Notes under the pieces: generated by a model
Told to the model about the DNA's origin: nothing
The model's database searches: none
The model's input: only the letters and a program-made list of their open reading frames with translations
Made by a program: the position numbers and the translations under genes
Shown: positions 18,344 to 27,773 of the stretch, one piece after another
Position numbering within the stretch: position 1 is the stretch's first letter
How the letters are laid out: each line of letters begins with the position of its first letter
Source of the DNA: Patescibacteria group bacterium
GTDB lineage: Bacteria > Patescibacteriota > Patescibacteriia > Patescibacteriales > UBA12465
Assembly (NCBI GenBank): GCA_021734135.1
Contig: JAIPJO010000002.1
Location: forward strand, 1 to 44,022
Reading direction: 5' to 3'
DNA length: 44,022 nucleotides

Positions 18344-19591
18344 ATGAAAGATAAAAATGTTTTTAATAAAATTAGTAATATATTTTTAGTAATTATTTTA
18401 GTTATAGTTGCCTTTATAGCAGGAAGAAGTAGTCAAGAAAATTTAAATAATACTAATTACGTTGCTCAAGATGGTGATTTTGAGGTTAATATTGATAATA
18501 AATATAGCACTACCCCAGAAGGTAAAACTATTAAGAATGTAGATTTTAATTTATATTGGCAAGTTTGGGATACAGTTAAAACAACTTATGTAGATAGTGA
18601 AAATATAAGTGAAGAAGATATGTTTTATGGCTCTCTTGAAGGGATGATTAAATCAATTGATGATCCTTATACGAGTTTCTTAGACCCTAATTTATCAAAA
18701 AAGTTTAATGACGACCTTTCTGGTAGTTTTGAAGGAATTGGAGCAGAAATTGGTATTAGAGACGATGTTTTAACTATTATTGCCCCTATTGATGGTATGC
18801 CTGCTCAAGAAGCTGGTCTAAAATCTGGTGATAAGGTATTATCTATTGATGGTAAATCTACAGCTGGAATTAGTATTGATAAAGCAGTGGATACTATAAG
18901 AGGTGAGAAAGGAACAGATGTGACCTTAACTATATACAGAGAAGGTGTAGATGAAACAAAGGATATAACTATAACTAGAGGTGTTATCACTATTGAAAGC
19001 GTTAAAACAGAGATGCTTGAAGATGATATAATGTTAATTTCAATTAGTAATTTCAATGAAGACACTGAAACTATGTTTTCTCAAGCTATAGAAGAGGCAA
19101 AGACTAATGAGGCTAAAGGTATTATTTTAGATTTAAGAAATAATCCTGGTGGATTTTTAGAATCAGCTATTGAAATTGCTAGTGAATGGGTGGAAACTGG
19201 TCCTGTTGTATTAGAGAAATTTGATGAAAATGATATTACTAAATATCAAGCTAGAGGTTTGGCTAGATTGCAAGATTACAAGACTGTAGTGTTATTAAAT
19301 CAAGGTAGTGCTTCTGCTTCTGAGATTGTAGCAGGAGCTTTGCAAGATTATAATAAAGCAACTATTGTTGGAGAACAAAGTTATGGCAAAGGCTCTGTGC
19401 AAACCTTAAAACCTTTTACAGATGGTTCATCACTAAAAGTCACAGTAGCAAAGTGGTTAACTCCTCAAGGTGAGTCAATTAGTGAAAAAGGCATTACACC
19501 TGATATAGAAGTTGAGTATACGATTGAAGATTTTGAAAATGATAGAGATCCACAATTAGATAAAGCTATAGAGATAATTAAAAAAGAATAA
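18344..19591 (+). CDS. ctpA: S41 carboxy-terminal processing protease with PDZ domain
   Basis: N-terminal anchor, PDZ (GMPAQEAGLKSGDKVLSIDG), LDLRNNPGG, GSASASEI and GKGSVQ. Confidence 0.92.
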   Translation: MKDKNVFNKISNIFLVIILVIVAFIAGRSSQENLNNTNYVAQDGDFEVNIDNKYSTTPEGKTIKNVDFNLYWQVWDTVKTTYVDSENISEEDMFYGSLEGMIKSIDDPYTSFLDPNLSKKFNDDLSGSFEGIGAEIGIRDDVLTIIAPIDGMPAQEAGLKSGDKVLSIDGKSTAGISIDKAVDTIRGEKGTDVTLTIYREGVDETKDITITRGVITIESVKTEMLEDDIMLISISNFNEDTETMFSQAIEEAKTNEAKGIILDLRNNPGGFLESAIEIASEWVETGPVVLEKFDENDITKYQARGLARLQDYKTVVLLNQGSASASEIVAGALQDYNKATIVGEQSYGKGSVQTLKPFTDGSSLKVTVAKWLTPQGESISEKGITPDIEVEYTIEDFENDRDPQLDKAIEIIKKE

Positions 19592-19597
19592 AAAATA

Positions 19598-19625
19598 GGA
19601 GCTCATTTTTGAGCTCCATTTTTTT
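19598..19625. terminator. Bidirectional terminator between ctpA (+) and the 89-aa ORF (-)
   Basis: ggagctc-attttt-gagctcc followed by a T-run; an A-run precedes it. Confidence 0.75.
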
Positions 19626-19630
19626 GGGGT

Positions 19631-19900
19631 TTAGTACACAAATTCTTCAAAGCCGTTTAGGTATTTAGCCTCATTAAGACAACATAAAATTTCGTTTTCA
19701 TTGGCAAAGCGCCAATTATTAGCTAGGTATTTTTCACTATCTTCATTCATGCTAATGTCAAATAGATCATTATCAGCAATGAATTGAGCGACTTGTCTTA
19801 AGGTGCCGGTACAGAATACCTCGTTACCACTAAAGATTTTGTACTTTTGATCTCCTCTGAGATCTTTGATTAACAATTGTAATTCTTGAAGTTCATCCAT
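19631..19900 (-). CDS. Hypothetical 89-aa protein (orphan)
   Basis: ORF with a strong SD (ACAGGAGAGAUU-AUG), which is rare in this window, and a shared terminator. I recognise no motif. Confidence 0.55.
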   Translation of the reverse strand: MDELQELQLLIKDLRGDQKYKIFSGNEVFCTGTLRQVAQFIADNDLFDISMNEDSEKYLANNWRFANENEILCCLNEAKYLNGFEEFVY

Positions 19901-20025
19901 AATCTCTCCTGTATTAGATTAGTTTTAAAAAAATCAATTAACAAATATTTTTATTTTAATTATATTTGTTATATAATAATAATAATAACAAACATTTCTA
20001 TTAATTGTCAATTTATTTAGTAAAT

Positions 20026-21687
20026 ATGAAAAATCAAAAAAAAGAAAAAAAGAAAAAAAGCACTAAGTTTATTTTTGTAGTAGGTGGAGTTATGTCTGGT
20101 GTTGGTAAAGGAGTTACCACAGCCTCTATTGCTAATATTTTGCAATCTAAGGGTTTAAAGGTCAGCGCTATTAAAATGGATCCATATATTAATGTTGACG
20201 CTGGTACCATGAACCCTGTAGAGCATGGAGAGGTGTTTGTAACAGATGATGGGGATGAAACAGATCAAGATATTGGAAATTATGAAAGATTTTTAAATAA
20301 AAATATATATAAAGAAAATTACATGACCACTGGTCGTATATATAGATCAGTAATAGAGAAAGAAAGAAATCTTGAGTATAAAGGAAATTGTGTGCAAGTT
20401 ATACCTCATATACCGATGGAAATAAGAGATAGAATTAATAAAGCAGCTGAAAAAACTGATTCAGATATAATGATTATTGAAATCGGAGGAACTGTAGGTG
20501 AATATGAAAATTTAATTTTTTTGGAGGCAGCTAGAGTTTTAAAATTAAAACAACCTGATGATGTTTTATTTGTAATGGTTTCTTATTTGCCATTTCCTCA
20601 AAAGATTGGTGAAATGAAAACTAAGCCAACACAGCATGCTGTTAGAAGTTTAAATAGCGCAGGTATACAGCCTAACTTTATTATTGCTCGCTCAGAATTT
20701 AATATTGATGATAAGAGAAAAGAAAAAATTGCTATGCATTGTAATATTAGTTTAGATGATGTAATTGCTGCACCTGATGCAGATTCTATTTATACTATCC
20801 CAATTAATTTTGAAAATAATGGCTTAGGAGATAAGATTTTGAAAAAATTTAATTTAAAAAAGAAGAAAAAGGATTTAGTTGAATGGAGAAAAATGGTTGA
20901 AAGTTATAAAAATCCTAAAGGTGAAATTAATATTGGAATAGTAGGTAAATACTTTGCTACTGGGAACTTTTCTCTATCTGATTCATATATATCAGTTATT
21001 GAAGCTCTAAAGCATGCCAGTGCTCATAATAAAGTAAAAGTTAATTTGCATTGGATAAACACCTCTGAAGTTGAAAAAGAGGGAGTAAAGACTTTAAAGA
21101 AATATGATGGAATTGTAGTTCCGCAAGGTTGGGGTTCACGTGGTTCTCAAGCTAAAATAGATACTATTAAATATTGTCGTGAAAATAAAGTTCCATATTT
21201 TGGACTTTGTTATGGTATGCAAATGGCTGTAATAGAATTTGCTAGAAATGTTTGTAATTTAGAAGGTGCTAATTCTCAAGAAATTGATAATAAAACAAAA
21301 CATCCTGTTATTCATATTATGCCTGAACAAATTGAGTTAATAAAGGAAAAGGGTTATGGTGGTACTATTAGATTAGGAGCTTGGCCATGCAAACTAAAAG
21401 AGGGAACTAAGTTAAAAGGTGCTTATGATAAATTTAATAAAAAAGGAATAATATCGGAAAGACATAGGCATCGTTTTGAGTTTAACAATGATTTTAGAGA
21501 AACTTTAGAAAGTAATGGATTAACAATTTCTGGTACTTCACCTGATAATAAAATTGTTGAAGCTATAGAAATTAAAGATCATCCTTTCTTCGTAGGTGTA
21601 CAATTTCACCCTGAATATATTTCTAGGCCACTAGATCCACACCCATTGTTTGTAGATTTCGTTAAGACTTGTTTTAAATTAAAATAA
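20026..21687 (+). CDS. pyrG: CTP synthase (Lys-rich N-terminal extension)
   Basis: GGVMSGVGKG, the GATase motif GLCYGMQ, and HRHRFEFN. ATG 20026 is preferred over the 20005 start. Confidence 0.95.
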   Translation: MKNQKKEKKKKSTKFIFVVGGVMSGVGKGVTTASIANILQSKGLKVSAIKMDPYINVDAGTMNPVEHGEVFVTDDGDETDQDIGNYERFLNKNIYKENYMTTGRIYRSVIEKERNLEYKGNCVQVIPHIPMEIRDRINKAAEKTDSDIMIIEIGGTVGEYENLIFLEAARVLKLKQPDDVLFVMVSYLPFPQKIGEMKTKPTQHAVRSLNSAGIQPNFIIARSEFNIDDKRKEKIAMHCNISLDDVIAAPDADSIYTIPINFENNGLGDKILKKFNLKKKKKDLVEWRKMVESYKNPKGEINIGIVGKYFATGNFSLSDSYISVIEALKHASAHNKVKVNLHWINTSEVEKEGVKTLKKYDGIVVPQGWGSRGSQAKIDTIKYCRENKVPYFGLCYGMQMAVIEFARNVCNLEGANSQEIDNKTKHPVIHIMPEQIELIKEKGYGGTIRLGAWPCKLKEGTKLKGAYDKFNKKGIISERHRHRFEFNNDFRETLESNGLTISGTSPDNKIVEAIEIKDHPFFVGVQFHPEYISRPLDPHPLFVDFVKTCFKLK

Positions 21688-21763
21688 TAAGAAATCTACT
21701 AAGATAATATTTGTTAGTAATTTTTACTTAGTATTCTTTATCATCTTTGATTATTGATAAAAT

Positions 21764-21791
21764 AAAAACACAGCTTTATTGCTGTGTTTTT
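21764..21791. terminator. Bidirectional terminator between pyrG (+) and rpmA (-)
   Basis: aaaaacacagc-tttatt-gctgtgttttt, a perfect 11-bp stem. Confidence 0.8.
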
Positions 21792-21829
21792 ATTATATAA
21801 TAAGATTGTTTAAATCTTGAGATTATAAT

Positions 21830-22108
21830 TTATTTTTTAACAACATGAACAACTGTGCTTTGTTTTAGTTGACCATTAAATTTCTTCATTTTTTTACTTT
21901 GAAATTCAATAAATCCGCCCTCTTTAGCAAATAGGGAGTCATCATTACCTCTTAATACATTATTACCAGGATGATATTTAGTTCCACGTTGTCTTATTAT
22001 AATAGCACCAGGTTTTGCGTATTCACCGGCAAAGAGTTTTACCCCCAGCCTTCTTCCAATCGAATCCCTGGTATTGGCGGTTGATCCACCTGCTTTCTTG
22101 TGTGCCAT
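21830..22108 (-). CDS. rpmA: 50S ribosomal protein L27
   Basis: [24 protein letters not shown]...[16 protein letters not shown]. Confidence 0.95.
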   Translation of the reverse strand: MAHKKAGGSTANTRDSIGRRLGVKLFAGEYAKPGAIIIRQRGTKYHPGNNVLRGNDDSLFAKEGGFIEFQSKKMKKFNGQLKQSTVVHVVKK

Positions 22109-22161
22109 ATGGTTGTTATTTTAATAAAAAAATAAAAATTTCCTCAAATTTTTATAGCTAT

Positions 22162-22190
22162 AATATAGCAAAACGTTTATTTTATGTCAA
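22162..22190 (-). promoter_or_regulatory. Candidate promoter for rpmA
   Basis: On the minus strand, TTGACA (22190-22185), a 17-nt spacer, then TATATT (22167-22162). Confidence 0.45.
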
Positions 22191-22204
22191 ATTAATGTAT
22201 AATT

Positions 22205-23509
22205 TTAAGCTGCTTTTTTTGCATCTTTATATTCATGAGTAGATTTATGTACAAACTTATCACCCCCAATATCGTAACCAGCATGCTTAAAACTATGAGT
22301 GAGCACTTCGTTTAAAGTGTGTGAGCCATGACCAGCACCATGACTAGCAGCGCTAGATATTCCTTGATGTATTAAATCCATTCCACCAATAAGGGATCCG
22401 GCCATTAAAATATGAGTTCCTATTTTTGAATATTTCTTTATATTTTCATTTACCTTTTTAGATTTCATTTTTTTCTCATGAAGCTCAATTAAGCTATCCA
22501 TTGATCCGTCTAGTTTTTCTATTAATTTATCATCTTTTTTCTCTTGACGTTTATCTATACCTTTTTCTATAAAATCTGTTATTTTTTCACCAGCTAAAAC
22601 TCCAGCTATTGATTTACCTGCCATCATACCAGCTTTAACACCAAATGCCGCTAGACCTAGGCCACTGGTGGTTGCAGCTACCGTTGTACCCGCTACTACT
22701 CCAGCTACCATGGCTGCTTGGACATATTTATTTTTGGGCATATGTTTACCAACCGCAGAAAAGAATTTTTTAAGTTTTTGATTACTACCTTTTTCTAAGG
22801 TTTTTTCTCTTACTTCTTCATCTAGTTTATCTAAAGTAGATAAAGCGGCTTTAGTTTCAATTAGATTTTCTTTTTCTGGATTATTTTCAACCTCTTCCTT
22901 AATTTCTAAGAAAATCTCATCAACAGAATTATCTAGATACTCTTTTTTATTTTCTCTAATTTTTTCTTGATTTGATTTAATATCTTCTTTAATTTTTTCT
23001 TTTTCTGGGCCTTTAGCTTTTTTATATTCTAGTTTTAATTTCTTTATTTCTTTGTTAGCTTCTGCAATGTTATTTACTGCTTCAGCTTTTTTTTCAAGGT
23101 TCTTTTCTTTTTCTAGACTTTCTTTTTCATTTTCTTTATCTCTTTCTTTTTCTAGGCTTTCTTTATTTTCGCTATTTTCTTTTTTATTTTCATTGTTATC
23201 TTCAATACTTTCAACTTTATTTTTAAAATCTTCATGACTAGTATTAATTTCTTTTTCAGCTTTTGTTTTAAGTTCAGTCATTTCTGAAACAATTTCTTGA
23301 TTATCTTCAGCTGTTTCAGCTAAAGCTTCAAATTTTTTATTTAAATCTTTTTCACTATTTTCAACTTTTTCTTCACCTTTTTCAATTGCAGTATCTTTTA
23401 TATTTTCAATATCCTTTTCTAAACTAAAAGGATCTTCAACTTTATTTTCAAAACTCTCATGTTTTTCATTTTGATTTTCTATATTATTTTGTTCTTTTTC
23501 CTTATTCAT
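22205..23509 (-). CDS. Hypothetical protein: about 250-aa Glu/Lys-rich coiled-coil region plus Gly/Ala-zipper hydrophobic segments and a His-rich tail
   Basis: 434-aa ORF. Low-complexity KESLEKE-type repeats, then AAMVAGVVAGTTVAATTSGLGLAAFGVKAGMMAGKSIAGVLAG and ILMAGSLIGGMDLI, then HGAGHGSH. Confidence 0.6.
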   Translation of the reverse strand: MNKEKEQNNIENQNEKHESFENKVEDPFSLEKDIENIKDTAIEKGEEKVENSEKDLNKKFEALAETAEDNQEIVSEMTELKTKAEKEINTSHEDFKNKVESIEDNNENKKENSENKESLEKERDKENEKESLEKEKNLEKKAEAVNNIAEANKEIKKLKLEYKKAKGPEKEKIKEDIKSNQEKIRENKKEYLDNSVDEIFLEIKEEVENNPEKENLIETKAALSTLDKLDEEVREKTLEKGSNQKLKKFFSAVGKHMPKNKYVQAAMVAGVVAGTTVAATTSGLGLAAFGVKAGMMAGKSIAGVLAGEKITDFIEKGIDKRQEKKDDKLIEKLDGSMDSLIELHEKKMKSKKVNENIKKYSKIGTHILMAGSLIGGMDLIHQGISSAASHGAGHGSHTLNEVLTHSFKHAGYDIGGDKFVHKSTHEYKDAKKAA

Positions 23510-23514
23510 ATATT

Positions 23515-23694
23515 TTACATTTTTTTTAAATCATTCATTATTTTATTAATTTTTTCTTTTTCAACCGTGCTAGAAATTTCTGTCATTTCTGTAATACTTT
23601 TATCTATAATGTTTTTTAAATTTAAATCTAAATCATTTAAATATGATTTTATGAGCTCAATTTTTTCTTTTTTTTCTTTATCTTGATTTGCCAT
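23515..23694 (-). CDS. Hypothetical 59-aa helical protein (not in the ORF track)
   Basis: Hand translation gives MANQDKEKKEKIELIKSYLNDLDLNLKNIIDKSITEMTEISSTVEKEKINKIMNDLKKM. It fills the gap between two same-strand genes, leaving 9-nt and 5-nt spacers. Confidence 0.45.
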   Translation of the reverse strand: MANQDKEKKEKIELIKSYLNDLDLNLKNIIDKSITEMTEISSTVEKEKINKIMNDLKKM

Positions 23695-23703
23695 TTTGTT
23701 TTT

Positions 23704-24327
23704 TTATTCTTCTTTATTTTCATTTTTTCTCATTTCTGCAAATTTAGCTCTTAGCTTACTTTTTAAATAATCAACATCACTTGCAGTTTCTGCACTTATT
23801 TTTCTGTTTAGTTCTGGATAATTATTTTCAATATAAGAAATCACCTTATCTTCATCTCCAGTTTCTAAGATATCTTCAAAGGCTTTCTTTTCTTCTCCTT
23901 CGGTAGTATTTAATATTTCAGTACTAATTCTTTTAAGTGATATCTCACCCATTTTATTTAAGTTTTCAATATTAACATCATCTGATTCAGGCTCAGTTTC
24001 ATTATCATTTTGTTTTTTTTCATTGGTCATATTTTCTTCAATTAAATTTTGAGTTTTTTCTACCTCTTCTTTGATAATTTCAGAGAAGTTAGGAATTTTT
24101 TCTTGTAAATAGTTAAAGATTTTTTTTTCAGGATCAGACCCTCCGGCAGTTTCATCAAGTTCTTCTTTTTCTTCCTCACTAAGCATTTCTTGTGCTCTTA
24201 AAATTGTATTTTGATATGATATTTTTCCCATTTTTTTAAAGGTTTCTATTCTTTCTTCTTCTGTTTTTTCTTCCATGGCTTTGTTAAAAGGTGTTTCTTC
24301 AATTTTATTTCTTGAAAATCCTAGCAT
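23704..24327 (-). CDS. Hypothetical acidic protein with an internal duplication of an about 65-aa helical module
   Basis: 207-aa ORF. FKKMGKISYQNTILRAQEMLSEEEKEEL...SDPEKKIFNYLQEKIPNF aligns with LNKMGEISLKRISTEILNTTEGEEKKAF...GDEDKVISYIENNYPEL. Confidence 0.6.
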   Translation of the reverse strand: MLGFSRNKIEETPFNKAMEEKTEEERIETFKKMGKISYQNTILRAQEMLSEEEKEELDETAGGSDPEKKIFNYLQEKIPNFSEIIKEEVEKTQNLIEENMTNEKKQNDNETEPESDDVNIENLNKMGEISLKRISTEILNTTEGEEKKAFEDILETGDEDKVISYIENNYPELNRKISAETASDVDYLKSKLRAKFAEMRKNENKEE

Positions 24328-24485
24328 ATTATTATTTAATATTAATTTTATCTTGTAATTTGATTATACTATATAAATGAAAAAAGTAAATATTTTATCT
24401 TTAAATATTATAAATAAAAATTAGAACTACTTTAATATTTATGATATAATTAAATTAATTTATAATAATTAATATAATTAAATTT

Positions 24486-24674
24486 ATGAAAGTAAAAGTA
24501 GATAAAGATAAATGTATTAGTTGTGGTCTTTGCGCTAATATGTGTCCAGATATTTTTATCATGGATGAAGATAATAAATCAGAAGTAACAAAACAGCCTA
24601 GCGCCAAGGAAGAGTCTTGCGCTAAAGAAGCGATAGATTCTTGTCCAGTTGAAGCAATAAGTGAAGAAAAATAA
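24486..24674 (+). CDS. fdx: Single-[4Fe-4S] ferredoxin (Thermotoga/Pyrococcus type)
   Basis: 62 aa. CISCGLCANMCP plus distal CAKEAIDSCPVEAI; the overall pattern closely resembles 60-aa monocluster ferredoxins. Confidence 0.88.
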   Translation: MKVKVDKDKCISCGLCANMCPDIFIMDEDNKSEVTKQPSAKEESCAKEAIDSCPVEAISEEK

Positions 24675-24675
24675 T

Positions 24676-25185
24676 ATGGTAAATGAAACAAAAAATATAG
24701 AACAAATTCCTTTAAATGAAAGTCCTGAAAAAGATAATCAAGAAAAGGAGAGTTTTGTTAATGATAAGGAAGCTATAAAGAAACCTGAAAAACAGGAAGA
24801 TATACAAAAATCTCAAGAGAAAGAAGAGAAAGAGAAAATTCAAGTTAAAGATGATGTTAAAAAATCAGGAGTAAGAGTTGGTCAGGATCTTGTAAGTAAT
24901 GCCCAAAAAGAAAGAATGAAAAAAATTGATAAAATACTTTCAGAGGATATGGGTAATATTTTTTTAAATTTATCTAAAGATAAACAAAAAGAGTTTAAGA
25001 GTAAGGGCGAAAGCACTGTCGTTAAAGTTAATGAGTTAATGCAAAAAGCTAAGGTGAAAGTAAATAAAATAATAAAATTAATTAAAGAGTGGTTAGGCGT
25101 TATTCCTGATGCTAATAAATATTATTTAGAACAAGAGGCTAAAATTAAAGCAGATAAAATACTTAAATTAAAAAATAAGAGATAA
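24676..25185 (+). CDS. Hypothetical Lys/Glu-rich protein with a helical C-terminal half
   Basis: The ORF starts 1 nt after the ferredoxin stop (ATG 24676 preferred to 24661) and ends 2 nt before the next gene. I recognise no motif. Confidence 0.55.
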   Translation: MVNETKNIEQIPLNESPEKDNQEKESFVNDKEAIKKPEKQEDIQKSQEKEEKEKIQVKDDVKKSGVRVGQDLVSNAQKERMKKIDKILSEDMGNIFLNLSKDKQKEFKSKGESTVVKVNELMQKAKVKVNKIIKLIKEWLGVIPDANKYYLEQEAKIKADKILKLKNKR

Positions 25186-25187
25186 TT

Positions 25188-27668
25188 ATGTTGGCTGATT
25201 CATATAAATTTACAATTTATAGTTTTGATTTAAACTTTGATTTAGGTCAAGTTTTTTTAATATTTTTTTTAATAGGATTTTTAATATTAGCTCTTTTTAT
25301 TTTTAGAGCCTACAAAAGGAAAACTAATCATTTAAGTCACCAAGTATATTTAGTTAAACTACCTAAAGATAAACCTCAAGATAATAATAAAGAAGATACA
25401 GTTCAGGAGCTCAGAGAAGATATAGCTAAAGGTGAAACTATTTTTGCTTCAATTAGTGGATTAAAAGCACATAGAGGCTTTAAGGCTTGGTTGAAGGGCA
25501 GAGAAGATCATTTTGCTTTTGAAGTGGTGGCTCATAATGGTAAGATTGCTTTTTATGTTGCAGTGCCACCTAATCATGCTAGATATTTAGAGCAGAGAAT
25601 TAATGCTTATTACCCAGATGCTTCAATAGAGGAAATCTTTGATTATAATGCTTTTAATCCTAAAAATGAGATTATAGGGGGATGGCTAATGACTAAAAAG
25701 GAATTTGTTTTTCCTATAAAAACTTATACCGAAATGGAAGTGGACCCCATGAATTCAATTATTAATGTACTTACTAAGTTAGAGAAAACTGAAAGTATGG
25801 CTATACAGTTTGTAACTAGAAGTGCTAAAAGTTCATGGCACAGAAGAGTTAAAAATGTAGTACGTAAATCATATAAAAATAATTCAATAAGACAAGGTTT
25901 GAAGAAAGATGGTTTATCTGCATCTTTTTCACAATTTTTTAAACCTAAAAAAACACAAAATACCCCTATAGACCCAGAAGATCAGAAAAGATTAACCAAT
26001 AATGAGGAGGAATTACTTAAAAAAATGGAAATTAAAAATGGTAAAGGTGGTTTAGATGTTAATTTAAGAATTATTGTTAGTGCTGAAACTAAGGAAAAAA
26101 CTAGAATGTATTTAGAAAATTTAGGTAGTTCTTTTAGTGAGTATAATGCTTATGAAAGTGGTAATAATTTAAGTGGAATTAAAACTAAAAATCAAAGTAA
26201 AATAATTAAAGATTTTATTTACCGTCATTTTAATGAGAAGCAGGGATTTCTTTTAAGTACAGAGGAATTGGTTAGTTTATATCATTTACCTCTAAAAAAT
26301 ACAGAAACACCTAATATTTTATGGTTAACCGCTAAATCAGCTCCAGCTCCAAGTGAAATACCAACTGAAGGATTATTACTTGGAGAAAATTATTATAGAG
26401 GAGTTAAAAAAGATGTATATATTGATAGGAAAGACAGAAGAAGACATACCTATATTGTTGGTAAGTCAGGTGTTGGTAAATCTGTGCTTTTAACTAATAT
26501 GGCTGTACAAGATATTGAAAATGGTGAAGGGGTTTGCGTTTTAGATCCACATGGAGATTTAATTGGTGATATAATAGAAAGAATTCCCCCTGAACGCGCT
26601 GAGGATGTTATTGTGTTTTCTCCCGGTGATCTAGAAAGACCAATTGGTCTTAATTTATTAGAATATGATGAAAACTATCCTGAGCAAAAAAGTTTTGTTA
26701 TTAATGAAATGATTAATATTTTAGATAAGTTATATGACTTAAAAGCTACCGGTGGTCCCATGTTTGAACAATATATGAGAAATGCCTTACTTCTAATTAT
26801 GGATGATCCTGAATCCGGCTCTACTTTAATGGAAGTACCTAAAGTTTTAGCTGATGAAGATTTTAGAAGAATGAAGTTGGAGCGTTGTTCTAATATTTCC
26901 GTTATAGATTTTTGGAAAAAACAAGCTGAAAAAGCAGGTGGGGAAGCAGCTCTTGCTAATGTTGTTCCTTATATTACCTCTAAATTAACATCTTTTATTT
27001 CCAACGATATGATGAGACCGATTATTGGTCAACAAAAAAGTGCTTTTAATATTAGAGATATAATGGATAACCAGAAAATACTTTTAGTTGATCTTCCTAA
27101 AGGTGTGGTAGGGGAAATGAATGCTTATTTACTAGGAATGATCATGGTAGGAAAAATATTAATGGCATCACTATCTCGTGCAAATATGGACCCAGAAAAA
27201 CGTAAAGATTTTTACTTGTATATTGATGAGTTTCAAAACTTTACCACTGATTCAATTACGCAAATTCTTTCAGAAGCAAGGAAATATAATTTGAATTTAA
27301 TTATTGCCCATCAATATATTGGTCAGTTAAGTAAAAATCAAGATACTAGCATTAAAGATGCAGTCTTTGGTAATGCTGGTACTATGATTAGTTTTAAGGT
27401 GGGTTCAGACGATGCTGAGTATTTAGTGAAAGAATATTCACCTGTTTTTAATGAATATGATTTAATTAATATTGGAAAAGGTACTGCTTATCTTAAGCTT
27501 CTAGTTGATAATGCTGCTGTAAAACCATTTTCTATACAAACTATTTTTCCTGTTATGGGTACTGTTAGACCTGAAATTACTGAGAAAATTAGATCTTTAA
27601 GTAAATTGAAATATGGTAAAAATAGGCGTTTAATTGAGGCTGAGATAAATAAAAGCTCATCTTTTTAA
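25188..27668 (+). CDS. Membrane-anchored TraD/TraG/VirD4-like (type IV coupling protein family) P-loop ATPase with an unassigned about 380-aa N-domain
   Basis: One TM helix (VFLIFFLIGFLILALFIF). Walker A GKSGVGKS (26460-26483), VLDPHGDL, Walker B YLYIDEFQNF (about 27214-27240), and IIAHQYIGQL. Confidence 0.75.
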   Translation: MLADSYKFTIYSFDLNFDLGQVFLIFFLIGFLILALFIFRAYKRKTNHLSHQVYLVKLPKDKPQDNNKEDTVQELREDIAKGETIFASISGLKAHRGFKAWLKGREDHFAFEVVAHNGKIAFYVAVPPNHARYLEQRINAYYPDASIEEIFDYNAFNPKNEIIGGWLMTKKEFVFPIKTYTEMEVDPMNSIINVLTKLEKTESMAIQFVTRSAKSSWHRRVKNVVRKSYKNNSIRQGLKKDGLSASFSQFFKPKKTQNTPIDPEDQKRLTNNEEELLKKMEIKNGKGGLDVNLRIIVSAETKEKTRMYLENLGSSFSEYNAYESGNNLSGIKTKNQSKIIKDFIYRHFNEKQGFLLSTEELVSLYHLPLKNTETPNILWLTAKSAPAPSEIPTEGLLLGENYYRGVKKDVYIDRKDRRRHTYIVGKSGVGKSVLLTNMAVQDIENGEGVCVLDPHGDLIGDIIERIPPERAEDVIVFSPGDLERPIGLNLLEYDENYPEQKSFVINEMINILDKLYDLKATGGPMFEQYMRNALLLIMDDPESGSTLMEVPKVLADEDFRRMKLERCSNISVIDFWKKQAEKAGGEAALANVVPYITSKLTSFISNDMMRPIIGQQKSAFNIRDIMDNQKILLVDLPKGVVGEMNAYLLGMIMVGKILMASLSRANMDPEKRKDFYLYIDEFQNFTTDSITQILSEARKYNLNLIIAHQYIGQLSKNQDTSIKDAVFGNAGTMISFKVGSDDAEYLVKEYSPVFNEYDLINIGKGTAYLKLLVDNAAVKPFSIQTIFPVMGTVRPEITEKIRSLSKLKYGKNRRLIEAEINKSSSF

Positions 27669-27678
27669 TTTAAAGATA

Positions 27679-27707
27679 TTGACAAAATATAGTTAATATA
27701 CTAGAAT
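27679..27707 (+). promoter_or_regulatory. Candidate sigma70-type promoter for ORF 27774
   Basis: TTGACA (27679-27684), an exact 17-nt spacer, then TAGAAT (27702-27707). Confidence 0.5.
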
Positions 27708-27773
27708 ACATTAATTAGTTTTTTACAATAAAATTAAGTACAATATAAACCTAATAAATACTGGAGGATTAAT

